NCBI GenBank assembly: GCA_028826165.1
Contig: JAPDFW010000052.1
Span: 1 to 39,306, forward strand
Direction of reading: 5' to 3'
DNA: 39,306 nt
Source of the DNA: Anaeramoeba ignava BMAN
Taxonomy: Eukaryota > Protista > Anaeramoebae
Positions 1 through 12,530 of this stretch are shown in pieces. Position numbers and translations under genes: made by a program. How positions within the stretch are numbered: position 1 is the stretch's first letter; the number at the start of each line of letters is the position of its first letter. The notes beneath the pieces are model-generated. The model saw only the letters and a list, made by a program, of their open reading frames with translations. It was not told where the DNA came from and did no database searches.

Positions 1-3000
1 GTTTAATTTTTGTAAGGATAATTGATAAATTTTATGAAATAAATTTGATTCTTGTTTTTCTTGTTTTCCTTGTTTTTCTTGTTTTCTTTTTCTTGTTTTT
101 CTTGTTTTTCTTTTTCTTGTTTTTCTTGTTTTTCTTTTTCTTCATAAATCTGATCAAAAGGAAGAAGAAATGTATCAATTGTTTTAAAATCTGGATTTAA
201 ATCATCTAAATAATATATTTCCCATTTTTCTTCAAAACAAATTCGGAATGTTTGATTTTCACTTGATGAAAGATGAACAAAAAGAATAATAGTTTGTCTT
301 TCTTTTTTCTCAAAATTTTCATTAGATTCAATTAAACTTTTAATATGTTGAAATGATTTCATAATGTTTTTATCTGAAGATATTTCGAATTGAATGAAAA
401 TTGCTTTTTTATTTTCTTCTTTTAAATGAGAATTAATTGAGTTATTAAAATCATCTGTTTTCCCAAAATTTGTAATATTGATTATTGTGTAATTTTTGGT
501 TTCATTTTTATAAAAGTTCTCTAAATCAAATGGTGGTGAATTTGTTAAAATAATCAAATTATTTTCCTTTTCATTTTCCTTTTTTGATATTTTATCAAGT
601 AAATCTTTTAAATCTGATGCTGTGTTTTGACTATAATTATCCAAATCTTTTTGAAGTGTTTCTTCAAATTCATTTAAATGATGATGTTCTTGTTTTTGTT
701 GTAAATGTTTTTTAAGATGAATCATTGTTCCTAATTTAGCAATTTTATGCCAATAATCTTGATGAGGAATTGTTTTATGTTTTGTTAATTTTGATTCTTT
801 TTCTTGTAATTTGAATGAAAGAGAAGAAATTAAATCAGGATGGAAACCTGCTAATAATTGTGATGTTTTTGTTGATGTTATTTTTTTGATTCTTCCAAAA
901 TAATTTTGGATTTCTTGTTGATAATTTTTCCCTATCTCACTAAGAAAATCATTTGAAGTAACAAGTTGCTTTTCAAATCGATTTAAAATTGCTGGTGATA
1001 AATCTGTATAAGCTCTTTCTTTAGGCATAATAACAACAATTCTTGATGTTGGATTAATAAATACTCTTGTTGTTGATGCTCCAAAACTTACATTTGAAAT
1101 ATATTTATTCCCAATAACTGTATATTTTTGATTTAATACATCATATAATGGTTCAAATAATTGTTCTTGATTGCATAAAACAATAATATTTGTATCAGCA
1201 ATTAAATTGGCAACATTTTTCAAATCATGATAAGTTTGAATTTCTTTATCTTCATTGAAATATGATCCATATAAAAGTTTAATGTTTCTTTCTTTAACAT
1301 CTTTTTTCAATTTTTCAATAATTAATGGAAGAATTGCCATTTCTTCACAAATTATCATTATGTGTCTTGATTTTATTTTTTGTTCATTTGGATTAATTTC
1401 TAAATTATCAGTAATTAGATTCATTGTTGATTTTTTTTCCATTATATTATCATTCCAATAACCATATTTTTTTAATAATGGTTTGGATAATCTCATCAAA
1501 AAATTGTTTAGGTGCTCCTCCAAAATTTCTGAGAAATGATTGAAAAACAATTTCTAAAATTTCTTGTTTTGAGCATTTCTTTTTTCTATCTTTCTCTTTT
1601 TTATCTTTCAAATCATATCCAATCATTTTAATTAAATAATAAAAATCTCTTAATCCAAAGAAATTTTCCCTAATTATTCTTTCTTCACTTTCTTCAGTTT
1701 TTTTGATTTTTTTTTGTTGTGCTTGAAATATTTCAAGATAAATTTCTGCAAAATTTTCTGGTATTTTGATTTCTTTTTTACTTGGTTTATAAATTGATGA
1801 AATGAAAATTGATTCAAAAATTGTTTTTCCTGTTTCTTTTAATCCTTCTTTATCTGGATCATTTCTTTGAAGGAATATTCCTCGATTTGTTTTACTTGCA
1901 TCAAGTTTCCAATTTGAAATTGCAATAACTGGGAATTTGTCTTCATCTCTTCTTGCATCTTGATCAGATAATTCAAGTTCTTTATGTAATACTTTTAATG
2001 GGAATTCTGGATTCATTTCTGCAAGTGCAACTTCATCTAACAAAACAACTGGAACATTTTCTTTTCTTTGATATTGAAATTCTTGAAATTCTTGATTTTC
2101 TTGATTTTCTTGATTTTTAAATTTTCTAAATAGTCTTTTTGTTGTTGTTGATATCTTCTTGCTTGTTCAAATATTTTTTCTATAGCTCTTGGTGTTGTTT
2201 GAGGTGAACATTGTAATGGGAAAACTCGAATTCTTTTAAGTTTTCCTTTTCTAACATATTCATTATTTGATGAATTACTTAACCAATTCTTTAAAATATC
2301 GATTGATAATGATTTTGAAGTTCCTAATTTAATTTTAATTTTAATTTTAATTTTAATTTTAATTTAATTTTAATTTTAATTTTAATTTTAATTTTAATTT
2401 TAATTTTAATTTTAATTTTAATTTTAATTTTAATTTTAATTTTAATTTTAATTTTAATTTTAATTTTAATTTTAATTTTAATTTTAATTTTAATTTTAAT
2501 TTTAATTTTAATTTTAATTTTAATTTTAATTTTAATTTTAATTTTAAATTTAATTTTAATTTTAATTTTAATTTTAATTTTAATTTTAATTTTAATTTTA
2601 ATTTTAATTTTAATTTTAATTTTAATTTTAATTTTAATTTTAATTTTAATTTTAATTTTAATTTTAATTTTTAATTTACCTGGTTTTCCAATTATGAATA
2701 AAGGAATTTTGGTTTGAATACAAATAAATTCAACTAATAAATTTTCTGTTAATGCTTCATTTGCTGCAATTGCTTGTGATTTTAAATATGATTTATCATC
2801 AATATTCCTAAAGAATTGTGTTCTGAGTTGATTTATAGCTTCTAAAAATTCATTTGTTGTTGTTGGGAATGCTGGTTTAAGATTTTGAAAAAATGGAGTA
2901 ATTTTAATATCTTGCAAAATATATGAATAATAATCTGATCTTAAATTAACTGAAAATCTACATCCATAACTTATAAAAATTGATAAAATAATTCCAATCA

Positions 3001-6000
3001 TCATTTTCCTTTTTTTTTGTTGAAATTTAGATTGCTTCCATTGCTCTAAATTCTTCAGGATCAATAAAAAGGTTAAGTGTTAAATCATCATTCAAAAGAT
3101 ATTCCCAAATTTTAAGTGTTCTTGCTGCATCTCTAAGTGAAATTGAACTTTTTGTATCAAATGATTTTAATTTTGCAAATTGATGTGATTTGGAAAGTAA
3201 ATGCTTATAAAGTTCAATTGATTCATTAATTTCATCTTGAATAAATCCCCAATTATTCCTAAATTTTTGTTTAATCATTTCATTTAAATAAAGTTTTTCA
3301 CTTTCATCATCAAGTGATCCAAAATCAAAAATATGATCAAAAAATGAATCAGGAATTTCTCTGAACTCGATAAACAGCTTTTTGTAATTTTTTAACTTCT
3401 TTTGATCTTTCTCCATAATCAAAAATTAAGTTTAATTCGAATCCAAATTCTTTTTGATTTTCATTTTGATTTTCATTTGATTTTGATTTTCATTTTGATT
3501 TTGATTTTGATTTTGATTTTGATTTTGATTTTGATTTTCATTTTCATTTTGATTTTCATTATCATTTTCAATTTCATTTTCATTTTCATTTTCATTTTCA
3601 TTTTCATTTTCATTTTCATTTTCATTTTCATTTTCATTTTCATTTTCATTTTGATTTTGATTTTGATTTTGATTTTGATCTGCTTTTGCTTCGGCTTTTC
3701 TATAAGGATTTGCAATTGCAATAAATTGAAATTCTTTTGGAACTGTTTTTCCTTTATAAATTCTATCAAAAATTAAATTCTTCATTAATGAAATACATTC
3801 TTTGGAAGCTGTATTAAATTCATCAAAAAGAAATATTTGTGAGTTATTTCCATTTCTGTTTTCTAACTTTTCTTCAATTATTTCACTTATCATTTCTTCT
3901 GTTGTTCCTCCATGAATATCTAAAATGTTTAAAGGTTTTCCAAGTAAATCTTTAAATAAAAATTTGATTAATCTTGTTTTTCCACATCCTGTTTCTCCTA
4001 ATATAATAACTGGTAATCCTGAAGATAATCTTTGTTGAATTAAAACACATTTGATAAAATTATCATTTGTTAATCTATAATTTAAACTATTGATAATATT
4101 TGGTAAAATAAGTAATCTATTTTGTGCATCTCCAATTTTTAAAAGGAAATTTAAATTTTCTTGAATTGAATATTGATTTTCTGTTGAAATCGGTCCAAAT
4201 GTAACATTTCTCCCTCTTAATTTACTTTGTATTTCTTCAGAAAAAAATGGTTTTGTGATTTTATTTTGAGAAAGAACTTTAAAATAATCAATTGGTTGTT
4301 CTCTTTGACTTCTTGAAAAAGCTACAATTTGTGAATCTTTCATTTTTTCATCCCATGATAAAGATGTTGTAAATTTATTACATTTAGATTCTTTTTCAAT
4401 ACTTTCAGTTGAAGAAAATGATCTTTTATTAATTGTAAATATTGTTTCAATTATTAAATCTGAAGTTAAATTTCTGAATTCTTGAGCCATTTCTCTTTTA
4501 TTTTCAAATAATCTTGTTGCCCTCGGATAAAAATCATTCCAATCTTTAATTGATTTAATATAAAATCCAAATAAATTCCAAAAATTGTTTAATAACATAA
4601 AAGTTGCTTCATTTTCATTAATTCTATTAATTTCAAGAGTTTTATCAAATAATTGTTTTAGATTATAATTTGGATTTAGTAAAACTTCGTCTCTTCTTGC
4701 AAAATTTATATTATTAAAATTTTGTTCTTTTTGGTTTAAAAAATTTGAACAAATCATGATATTTTCATTAATATTTTGAATAATAATTTGGTTTTCATCA
4801 ATTTCATATTTATATTTGCAAATAGTTTCTGAATCTGTTTTGCATTCTTTTTGTTCAATAAATTTAAGAGATGGGAAATATTTTAATCCAAATTCAGAAT
4901 CTTTAACTCGTGAACTTGGTATTTCAAAATAAAACAAGTGTTTTTCTGGTTCAAAAATGAAAGTAGAATCAGCATGTGAACATCTTTTATCTTCAATATT
5001 TCCAAATATTAATAATAACCAAATTAACTCAGCTGTTTCATTTCCAACAGAATAAGCTAAATCAAAATGGAAACATTTTCTTGAATTTGATGATTTTTGT
5101 TCTTCTTCTATTAATTTTTGTATTAATGATTTTGGATCATCTTCTCGAATATCAATATGGCAATATTTATATGGATTTTTTTTATTTTTTGTTTTGGAAT
5201 TGATTTCAAATAATTCTTTTCTAATTTGGAATGTTTTACCAGAACCTGCTAATTTTGAAATGAATACTTTCATTTTGTCAGATCTTTCTGGAAATTTCTC
5301 TTCCCATTCTTTTTGAATAAATCTTATTTGTTTTGATATTTTTGTTTCTTGATCATCTTTATTCTTCTTTTCTGCTTTTTCCAATTTAAATTCATTTTGA
5401 ATTTGATCTTGTTTTAAACTTGTGAAGAAAGAACTCAAATAATTTCTTGTTTCATTTGAATTTTCTAATGAAAATAACATTATTGATTTTTGTTTTGCTT
5501 GTGAATTATGTCTTCTTGTTGCTTTAAGTTTTGAAATCAATTTTTTTTGTAATGTTTTAGAAAGTTTATGAGGGAAAATAATTGAAAATAATTGATCATC
5601 AATTAATGTTTGTGATTTTTTAAATAAAATAATAAATCTGGAAATATCATCTTCAGTTGTGTTTTTGTTACAAAAAAGAATTTGTTCTTTTGTTGGGAAT
5701 TTTTTTGTGTATTTGAGATATAATGTTGTGAGAAATTCATAAATTTCCATTTCTTTTTGAATTTGAATAACAAATATTGGTTCTTGATTTTGTGGTGGCC
5801 AATTTGTGGAAAATAATTTTTGAAGTTCATTTTGTGATTTTGATTGCTTTTTTCTTGCTTGAATATCTGTTAATTTTCTTTTGAAAGAACGGAAATCTTT
5901 TGATTCATCATTTTTATCTCTTTTCCATTTAAAATTTTCATCTATTCCCAATAAATCAAGAGATGATTTTATTTTTTCAATTTCTTTTTCTTTTGATTTT

Positions 6001-9000
6001 TTTGATTTAAGTGCATTATAAATTTCTTTAATTTGATCAAATTGACTTTCAAGTTTTTGATGTAATTTTTGAATAAATAATTTAAAATCTTCTTCTTCTT
6101 TTTCATTTCTTTCCCATTTAAATTCTGAATTAGTTTTTGATAAATGAAGAATTGGTTCAATTTTTTTAATTTCATCTCCATTATTTGATTTAAGAGAATT
6201 GTAAATAATTTTGATTTGATCATAAGAATAAAAGAAACTGTAAAAATATTTTGTAGTTACTTCTGTTTCAATTTTTGTCCATTCCTTTTTCAATTTTTTC
6301 ATTTCATCAATTATATTTTGCAAATTGACTCTTGATTTAATTTCATTTTTAATAGAATAGCCTTTAATGAATTTAGGATGAATTGATTTCTTGAAATGAT
6401 CGAATAAATTAATCATTTCTTGTATAAGTGGAATATAACCAGTAAATCTTTGTACTTTTTATCCTTTTTCTTCATTTTCAAGTAATAGCATATTAATATC
6501 AACAAAATCTTGAAAAGAAAATTTATTTTGATCATTTTTCTCTTTTAATTTAAAAATTTCGCATTCAAATTCAATTTCATCTTTAATTTCAAATTTAAAT
6601 GTTTTATTGGAGTTAGATAAAATATTTTCTAAATTTTTGGATGCTTTTTTTTTAGGTGTTTCAAGTTTTTGTCTGATTAAATCAATAATTTCTGGTAACG
6701 AAATGAAAATTTGTTTAATAGTTCTTGATTGTTGATCTTGATTAAATCCAAGTGATAATTTCTCTTTCCAATTTTTTTCATTTTCTTTGATTAAATTAAT
6801 TAAATTGCTTAAAGTTGTAATTTTTGATTTTTCTTCTGATAAAAATTTTTCAAGTCTACTTCTAATATAATCAAAAGGTGCTTCAAAAATAAAAAACTCT
6901 TCATCAATCAATTCCATTACATTACTCCAATCGTCTGTATTATCTTTCATAAAATTGAATAATTGATCATTGAAAATTGGAACACCATCTCTTACTTCTT
7001 TTATAGGGAAAATATCTGAAAGGAATGAAAAAAATTCTGGATTTAAACCTTGAATAAATTTTTGATAAAGGTTATAAAGTGATTCAACATCCTTTAAAGT
7101 TTTATTTTCTATTGATTTTCCAAAAATTGATTTAAATTCTTCAAATTCTTTATCTTTTAATTCAAATTTTTCACAAAAGTGAATAAAAACTGGATAATTT
7201 TTATCGAATTGGCGAAGTATTTTATATTGTTTGAGAATTTCTGATTTGAAATTTCCATTAGTTGCTAAGTTTAATAATTTAACTTCTTCATCAATATCTT
7301 CGTCACTCATGCCTAAATCAATATATTTTTCAAGTTCTCTGAATGTAAACAATTGTTGAACAAATTTGTTTAGAATTTTATTTAATTTTTCATCTGAATT
7401 TTTGATTGTTTCAATAATATTTATTGTTTCTTGTTGATTATATAGTTTTTTCCAAACTAATTGAACCCATTTGCTGTGAAAAATTTGATTATAAATTGAC
7501 ATTCTTTCAATTATTTCTTTTGAAATTCCAAAAAAATTAATTGCATCTTTGAGTTTTACTTGAGGTGCATTTATGATTTTTGTTTTTAAATCAGGTTTTG
7601 TTGGTTTATTATCGATATAACTATTGATAAAATTTTTAATGATTTCTTTTTGTTTTTCAAATAGTTCTACAATTATTTTTTGGAGTTTCCAAGTCAAATT
7701 CAGGAAATAATTTTAAAAGAAGATTTATAAAAAATTCATTAGGAATTGATTTAAATTCTTGAATTGTTATTTCTTGTTTATCAATATAATTTTTGATTTC
7801 TGTGGTATCTTGATAATCTTGATTTAATTGAGAAAATGGTTGTTGAGAATAAGGTGGATTAAATTTTTGATTAAGTTCCATTAAATATATCCATAATTCT
7901 AATGAATTTTTTTCAGATATATAATTAAATTTTTCAACTAATTTAAGAACTTCGTTAGTATTGTTTGATATAAATTTGATTGATGGATTTTGTTCTATTA
8001 ACAATTTCCAGGATTGTATTTCAATTTCTTTTGGTAATTTATTTAAATATTCTTCTGGAAATGTTCTGTTATTAAGGATTTCTGTATATTCTTCAATTAA
8101 AAATTTTGCAATTATTCTGTAAAAATTATTTGGAATTTGATTGTTTGGGAATATTTTATTATCAATAGCTTCTTTAATTGGTTCTTTGATATTTGATTTG
8201 GGATTATTAAAATGATTTGAAGGAAAATGAATAATTTGTTGCTCTTTGTTTTTATCTAATTTTTCTAATTTTTCAATAAGAGGGTTAAAAGGTTTCCAAA
8301 GTTGAATAAATTCAATAAGTGATTGTATTTCTTCTAATTTATCTTTGATTTTTTCAAGGATATTGATCAATAAATCAAAGGGAATTGTTTCTATTTTAAT
8401 CATTTCATCTAAATTTTGGAAAAATGAATTATAATTTTGATTTGATTTTTGCACAAATTGTTCCATTAATGAGCTGATTGGATTTTGAAGTTGATTTGGA
8501 TTTTGAAATTGATTTTGATTTTGAAATTGATTTGGATTTGTTTCAAAAAAGAAGTAATGAAAAATTTCCTTGAAAGCATTTTTGATGTTTGGATTGAATT
8601 GGAATTGAGGAATCTGAATATTATATAAATATAAAATGGGAATATATTTAACAATTAATATAATCTCAATTTTGTCTTTGTGATTTGGAATTTGAAAGAA
8701 AGTTGTTTGGAATAAATTTTTGATTTCATCTTTGAAAATTTCATCATAAACATGTTTGAAATTATTGATGAGAAGAGGATTAAATATATCTGGAATAAGT
8801 TCAAATTGATTTAAAAGGATTAATTTGAAGACTTTATGTTTATCTGTTTCATCTTTTAATTTTGGATTTTTCTTGAAATAATCTAAAACAATTTCTTTTT
8901 GAATCTTTAATAATGTAAGATTTTGTTGAAAACCTCTCACCATTTTTCCAATTTGTAAATGGTTTGTATCAAAAGAAAGCAGAATATCAAGAAAAATAGG

Positions 9001-9558
9001 TTTTGCTTCTTCAGAGAATTGATTTGAATTTTTTCCATATCCAAAATTTTTTCCATATTCAAAAAAAGCAAGAGGAAATGGATTTGATTGAGTTTCTCTT
9101 TTGATTAAATCACCAAAATTAATTAAATTGACATTGTAGATTGAAGATTGAGGTTTAATAAAGATGCATAAATTCGACTTGTCTTCAGTTGTGTAATCTA
9201 TGTGTTTAAATTCTGATGATTTTGATTTGTTTTGGTTGTTAAGAATGTCTTTGTGGATAATAACAAAATAGAAAGGAGTTTTTGATATTTTGTTTGAATA
9301 AAGGTTGAGATACCAATTTGATTCATTTTGATTTAATTGATTCATTGGATGAATTTCATTTTCTTTTTGATTTTGATTTTGCATTTGGAATTGATTTTGC
9401 ATTTGGAATTGATTCTGCATTTGGAATTGATTTTGCATTTGAGATTGATTTTGCTTTTGAGGAATAACAATCAAAACTTGTTCTTCTTTTTCTTTCTCTT
9501 TAGAATCAATAAAAAGATGGACTGCAATAGTGTCTTGTTTTAAATGATTTGTGTTCAT
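1..9558 (-). CDS. RNF213: RNF213/mysterin-like giant multi-AAA+ ATPase (5' part; C-terminal E3 region would lie beyond the left edge); one intron 2324-2679, several frameshifts and one in-frame TAA
   Basis: Motifs occur in RNF213 order: KLAGSGKT; PVIILGETGCGKTRLIKFL..IHGGTT..FLFDEFNT..ANPYRK; AVYRV..DFGSLDDESEKLYL; SISLRDAAR; IAANEALTEN..IPLFIIGKPG|TSKSLS (joined across the intron); LQCSPQTTP; VLLDEVALAEMNPEFPLKVLHKELE; ISNWKLDASKTNRG; FFGLRDFYYLIKM; RNFGG; LYDVLNQKY..PAILNRFEKQ. ORF pieces 7657-9558, 6459-7697, 3432-6416, 3027-3422, 2324-3064, 1450-2043 and 3-1550 tile one gene. Confidence 0.9.
2324..2679 (-). repeat. 356-nt GT-AG intron made of (AAAATT)n, splitting a Walker A glycine of the RNF213-like gene
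   Basis: CCA G|GTAAAT ... AATTAG|GA ACT TCA AAA restores GKPGTSKS. The intron body is an almost pure hexamer repeat. Confidence 0.92.
3455..3680 (-). repeat. Exonic (AATCAA)/(AATGAA) microsatellite encoding an NQ/NE tract inside the AAA region
   Basis: In frame after ANPYRKAEAKAD, with no GT donor. It is followed, after a 1-nt shift, by EFGFEL..KAVYRV. Confidence 0.85.
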
Positions 9559-9898
9559 TTTATTTTTTATTATTATTTTTTTTTGTATTTTAATTAAAAA
9601 AACAAAAACAAAAAATAAAAAAATGAAAAAAAATTTTTTTTTTTTTTGTTTATTCTTTTTTTTTTTTATTTATTTGCTTATTTTCCTTTTTTTAATTAAA
9701 TTTTTTTTTTAATTTTTATTTAATTAAATTTTATTATATTTTAGATTATTTTAGATTATATTTTTAAAATCAGACAAGTTTTGATCATTTTAATTAATTA
9801 TTTAATTAAATTTTTTTTTTTTCTTCTTTTCTTTTTTTTTTATTTTAATTTTTTCCTCTTTTTTTTTTTACTTAATTCTCTTTTTTTTTTTTTTTTTT

Positions 9899-11473
9899 TT
9901 AATCACTATCTGAACCCCAACTTTTATCATCAAAATTTTCTGTATTTTCTTTAATAAATTCTTCACATTTATCTTTAAAATTTTTAATATATTTTCCAAT
10001 TAAATTTTGATTTTCTTTTTTAAAATATTTTTCAATTAAATCTTCAATAATTTTATTTGGATCATCTTTTTCTTTAAAAAATTCTTTTTGAAAAAGATCA
10101 AAAACGTTTTCAAATAAATTTTTAGTTTTTTCTTCTTCAATTTCTTGAGAATAATTGAATAAAAGTTTTTGAATAGAATTTAAATTTAAATTTTTGAAAC
10201 AATTAATAATTGCTAAAGAAAATTGAATCCATTCTGAAAAGTTTTGTAACTAAAAAAAAAAAAAGTGGAACAAAAAAATAAAAAGCAAAAAAAAAGCAAA
10301 AAAAATTTTTTTTTAAGTACTTTTGATGAAGTAAAAAATTTAAATTGATTCTCAATTAATAAATGAACTTTTGATTCTCTTTTCCAAATTTGTTCTTCTT
10401 TTTTTTCATTTGGATTGAATTGAATAAATTTTTCAATATTATTAATTTCTTCCAAGACAAAAGAAACTGGACTTGCTTCAATTTGATTAATTAATAAACA
10501 AGAATTATCATCAATATTTGCGATTATTTCTTCATCTTTTATTTTTATTTTGAATTATTTTTATTTTTAAAAATTAAAAGAATAAATTCATTTGAAAATC
10601 AATTTTTTTTTTGATTTTTAATTTTTACTTTTTGAATTTTTGCTTTTAATAAAATTTAATTTTGATAAAATTGAACGAATTTGTGAATTTAATGAAGAAA
10701 TTGAAGCTCTTGAAGAATCAATAATTGTCTTATTTTATTTTTTTTACAAAAAAAAAAATGTCAAAAAAAATTAAATGAATTACTTAGTTTTTTTTTTTTA
10801 CATTTGAATAAACAAAAGAGATTAAAGGAAGAATATTTCCAATTAATTTTAAAGAATTTTCTTCATTTTCTTTTCGAAAATTTTTCAAATTTTGAATTGT
10901 AATTGATAGAAATTTCAAAATATTAATCCATTCAATATCAAATCTTAGAGCAGGAATATTAATCTAAAATAAAATCAAATCAAATCAAATCAAATAAATT
11001 TATTTAAAAAAAGTATTTTTTTTTCCAATTTGTTTTACAAGTATAATTTGACAAGTAGAAAACATAAATATTAAAGCTAAATAATAATAAATTTGTGCTT
11101 GTTTTATCAAATATGCAATTTCCTCTGAATCTTTATATTCTAAACTATTCAAAAATTTCGAAATATTTTGATCATTTTCAATTGAATCCATTTGAATAAA
11201 TAATTTTTCTTTTTTTTCTGAATAAGAAATTCTAAATCCAGGACAAATTTTCCCTAATTCTATATTTTTTTCAGTTCCAAAATCTGTTTTTGAAATTACT
11301 TTTGCATTGAAATCATCAGTTAAATAATCAAAAAGTTGATAATTTTGTTCTGGATCTTGAGTTTTTCCAATTATTCCAATAATTGCTATTTTTGGATCAT
11401 TTTTTTGAATTGAAATTAATTGGTTTAGTTGGTTAATTTGATTGATAAGATTATTAAATGAGAAATTTTGCAT
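9899..11473 (-). CDS. SMG8: SMG8-like nonsense-mediated decay factor (N-terminal G-fold part only, roughly 420 aa, 5 exons)
   Basis: KIAIIGIIGK; RISYSEKKEKLFIQMDS; YYLALIFMFSTCQIIL|INIPALRFDIEWINILKFL; LPLISFVY; SLNSQIRSIL; NFSEWI parallel recalled SMG8 motifs (VVGIFGK, AYYSQESKVLYL, LLYLFSVCHILLL..FDITY, PRLLFLF, LEDQIYRIF). Introns are at about 10964-11038, 10729-10801, 10536-10628 and 10250-10320. The protein ends ..SWGSDSD*. Confidence 0.72.
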
Positions 11474-11571
11474 TATTAATAATAATTAATAAAAAATGAA
11501 AAGAAAAAAAATGAAATTTTTTTTTTCAAAATTTTTTTTTTCATTTTTTTTTCTTTCTTTTTTTTCTTCAA

Positions 11572-12111
11572 ATGGGAAATAAATCTCCAAAACCTTTTTA
11601 TCAAGAAACTGAAAGAGGAACAACTTATCAAATTTTTGTAAATCAAAATTTGAAATGATATTTAAATTTTTTATTGCAAAACATTTAAATTAAATTTAAG
11701 CAATTTAATTTTTTTTCTTTTTTTTTTTTTCAAATTATTTACATTTTTTTAGTTGCCAAATTTATTTATTGAAAATATAAATCAAAAGCCAACAAAAATC
11801 ATCAAAAATCATTTGAAATTCATGATGAAGAATTTTTTGTGTAAATTATTTAATTTAAATTATTTTATTATCAAAAAAAATTTTTTTTCATTTAAAAAAT
11901 TTTTTTAGGGATTTTTGTTCAAAAAAATGTAAAAAATTTGCAAATTCAATTTTGGATTGTTTAGTTAATTCTCAAAATCCATTAAATTGTTGTAAAAAAT
12001 TTGAAGAATTTCTTGAAAAAATCAAACTTGAAGAAGTAAAAATAAAATTATCAAAATGAAAAAAAAAAAAAACAATTTTTAAATTCAATTTTTTTTTATT
12101 AGAATTGGTAA
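11572..12111 (+). CDS. Small (~95 aa) predicted N-myristoylated CHCH/Mic19-like protein, 4 exons
   Basis: MGNKSPKPFYQETERGTTYQIF|LPNLFIENINQK..|DFCSKKCKKFANSILDCLVNSQNPLNCCKKFEEFLEKIKLEE|NW*. GT-AG introns at about 11638-11752, 11839-11908 and 12036-12102. It has an MGxxS start and CX9C spacing, and is absent from the ORF track. Confidence 0.6.
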
Positions 12112-12267
12112 ATATTAAATTAGGGAAAAGAAAAAATTTAATGTCGAATGTTTTTTTATTCCACTTTTTGTTTATTTAAAAACAAAAAACAACAAACAAT
12201 AAAAAAATTATTTATAAACAAAATTTTTTTCCCATTTTTCATTTTTCATTTTTTCATTTTTTTTTTT

Positions 12268-12530
12268 AAACACTTTAAAACAATTTAAAACACTTTTAAA
12301 CAATTTTAAACAATTTTAAAACACTTTAAAACACTTTAAAACACTTTTAAACCATTTTAAAACAATTTTAAACACTTTTAAAACACTTTAAAACACTTTA
12401 AAACACTTTAAACAATTTTAAAACACTTTTAAAACACTTTTTAAAACAATTTAAAAAATTTTAATAAATAAAACAATTTTAAAACTTTTAAAACACTTTT
12501 AAAAATAAACAATTTTAAAAATTTAAAACA
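12268..12530 (+). repeat. G-free ~10-11-bp repeat (AAAACACTTTT/AAAACAATTTT), probably in the 5' UTR of the GYF gene
   Basis: The tandem units are directly visible between the TCATTTTT cluster (~12238-12267) and the ATG at 12531. Confidence 0.75.

Noticed and set aside
1450-7697. Programmed ribosomal frameshifting as the cause of the many frame breaks
   Set aside because: Breaks mostly fall in variable homopolymer runs, go in both directions and share no motif such as AAA-TAA. They affect unrelated genes, which is typical of long-read indels.
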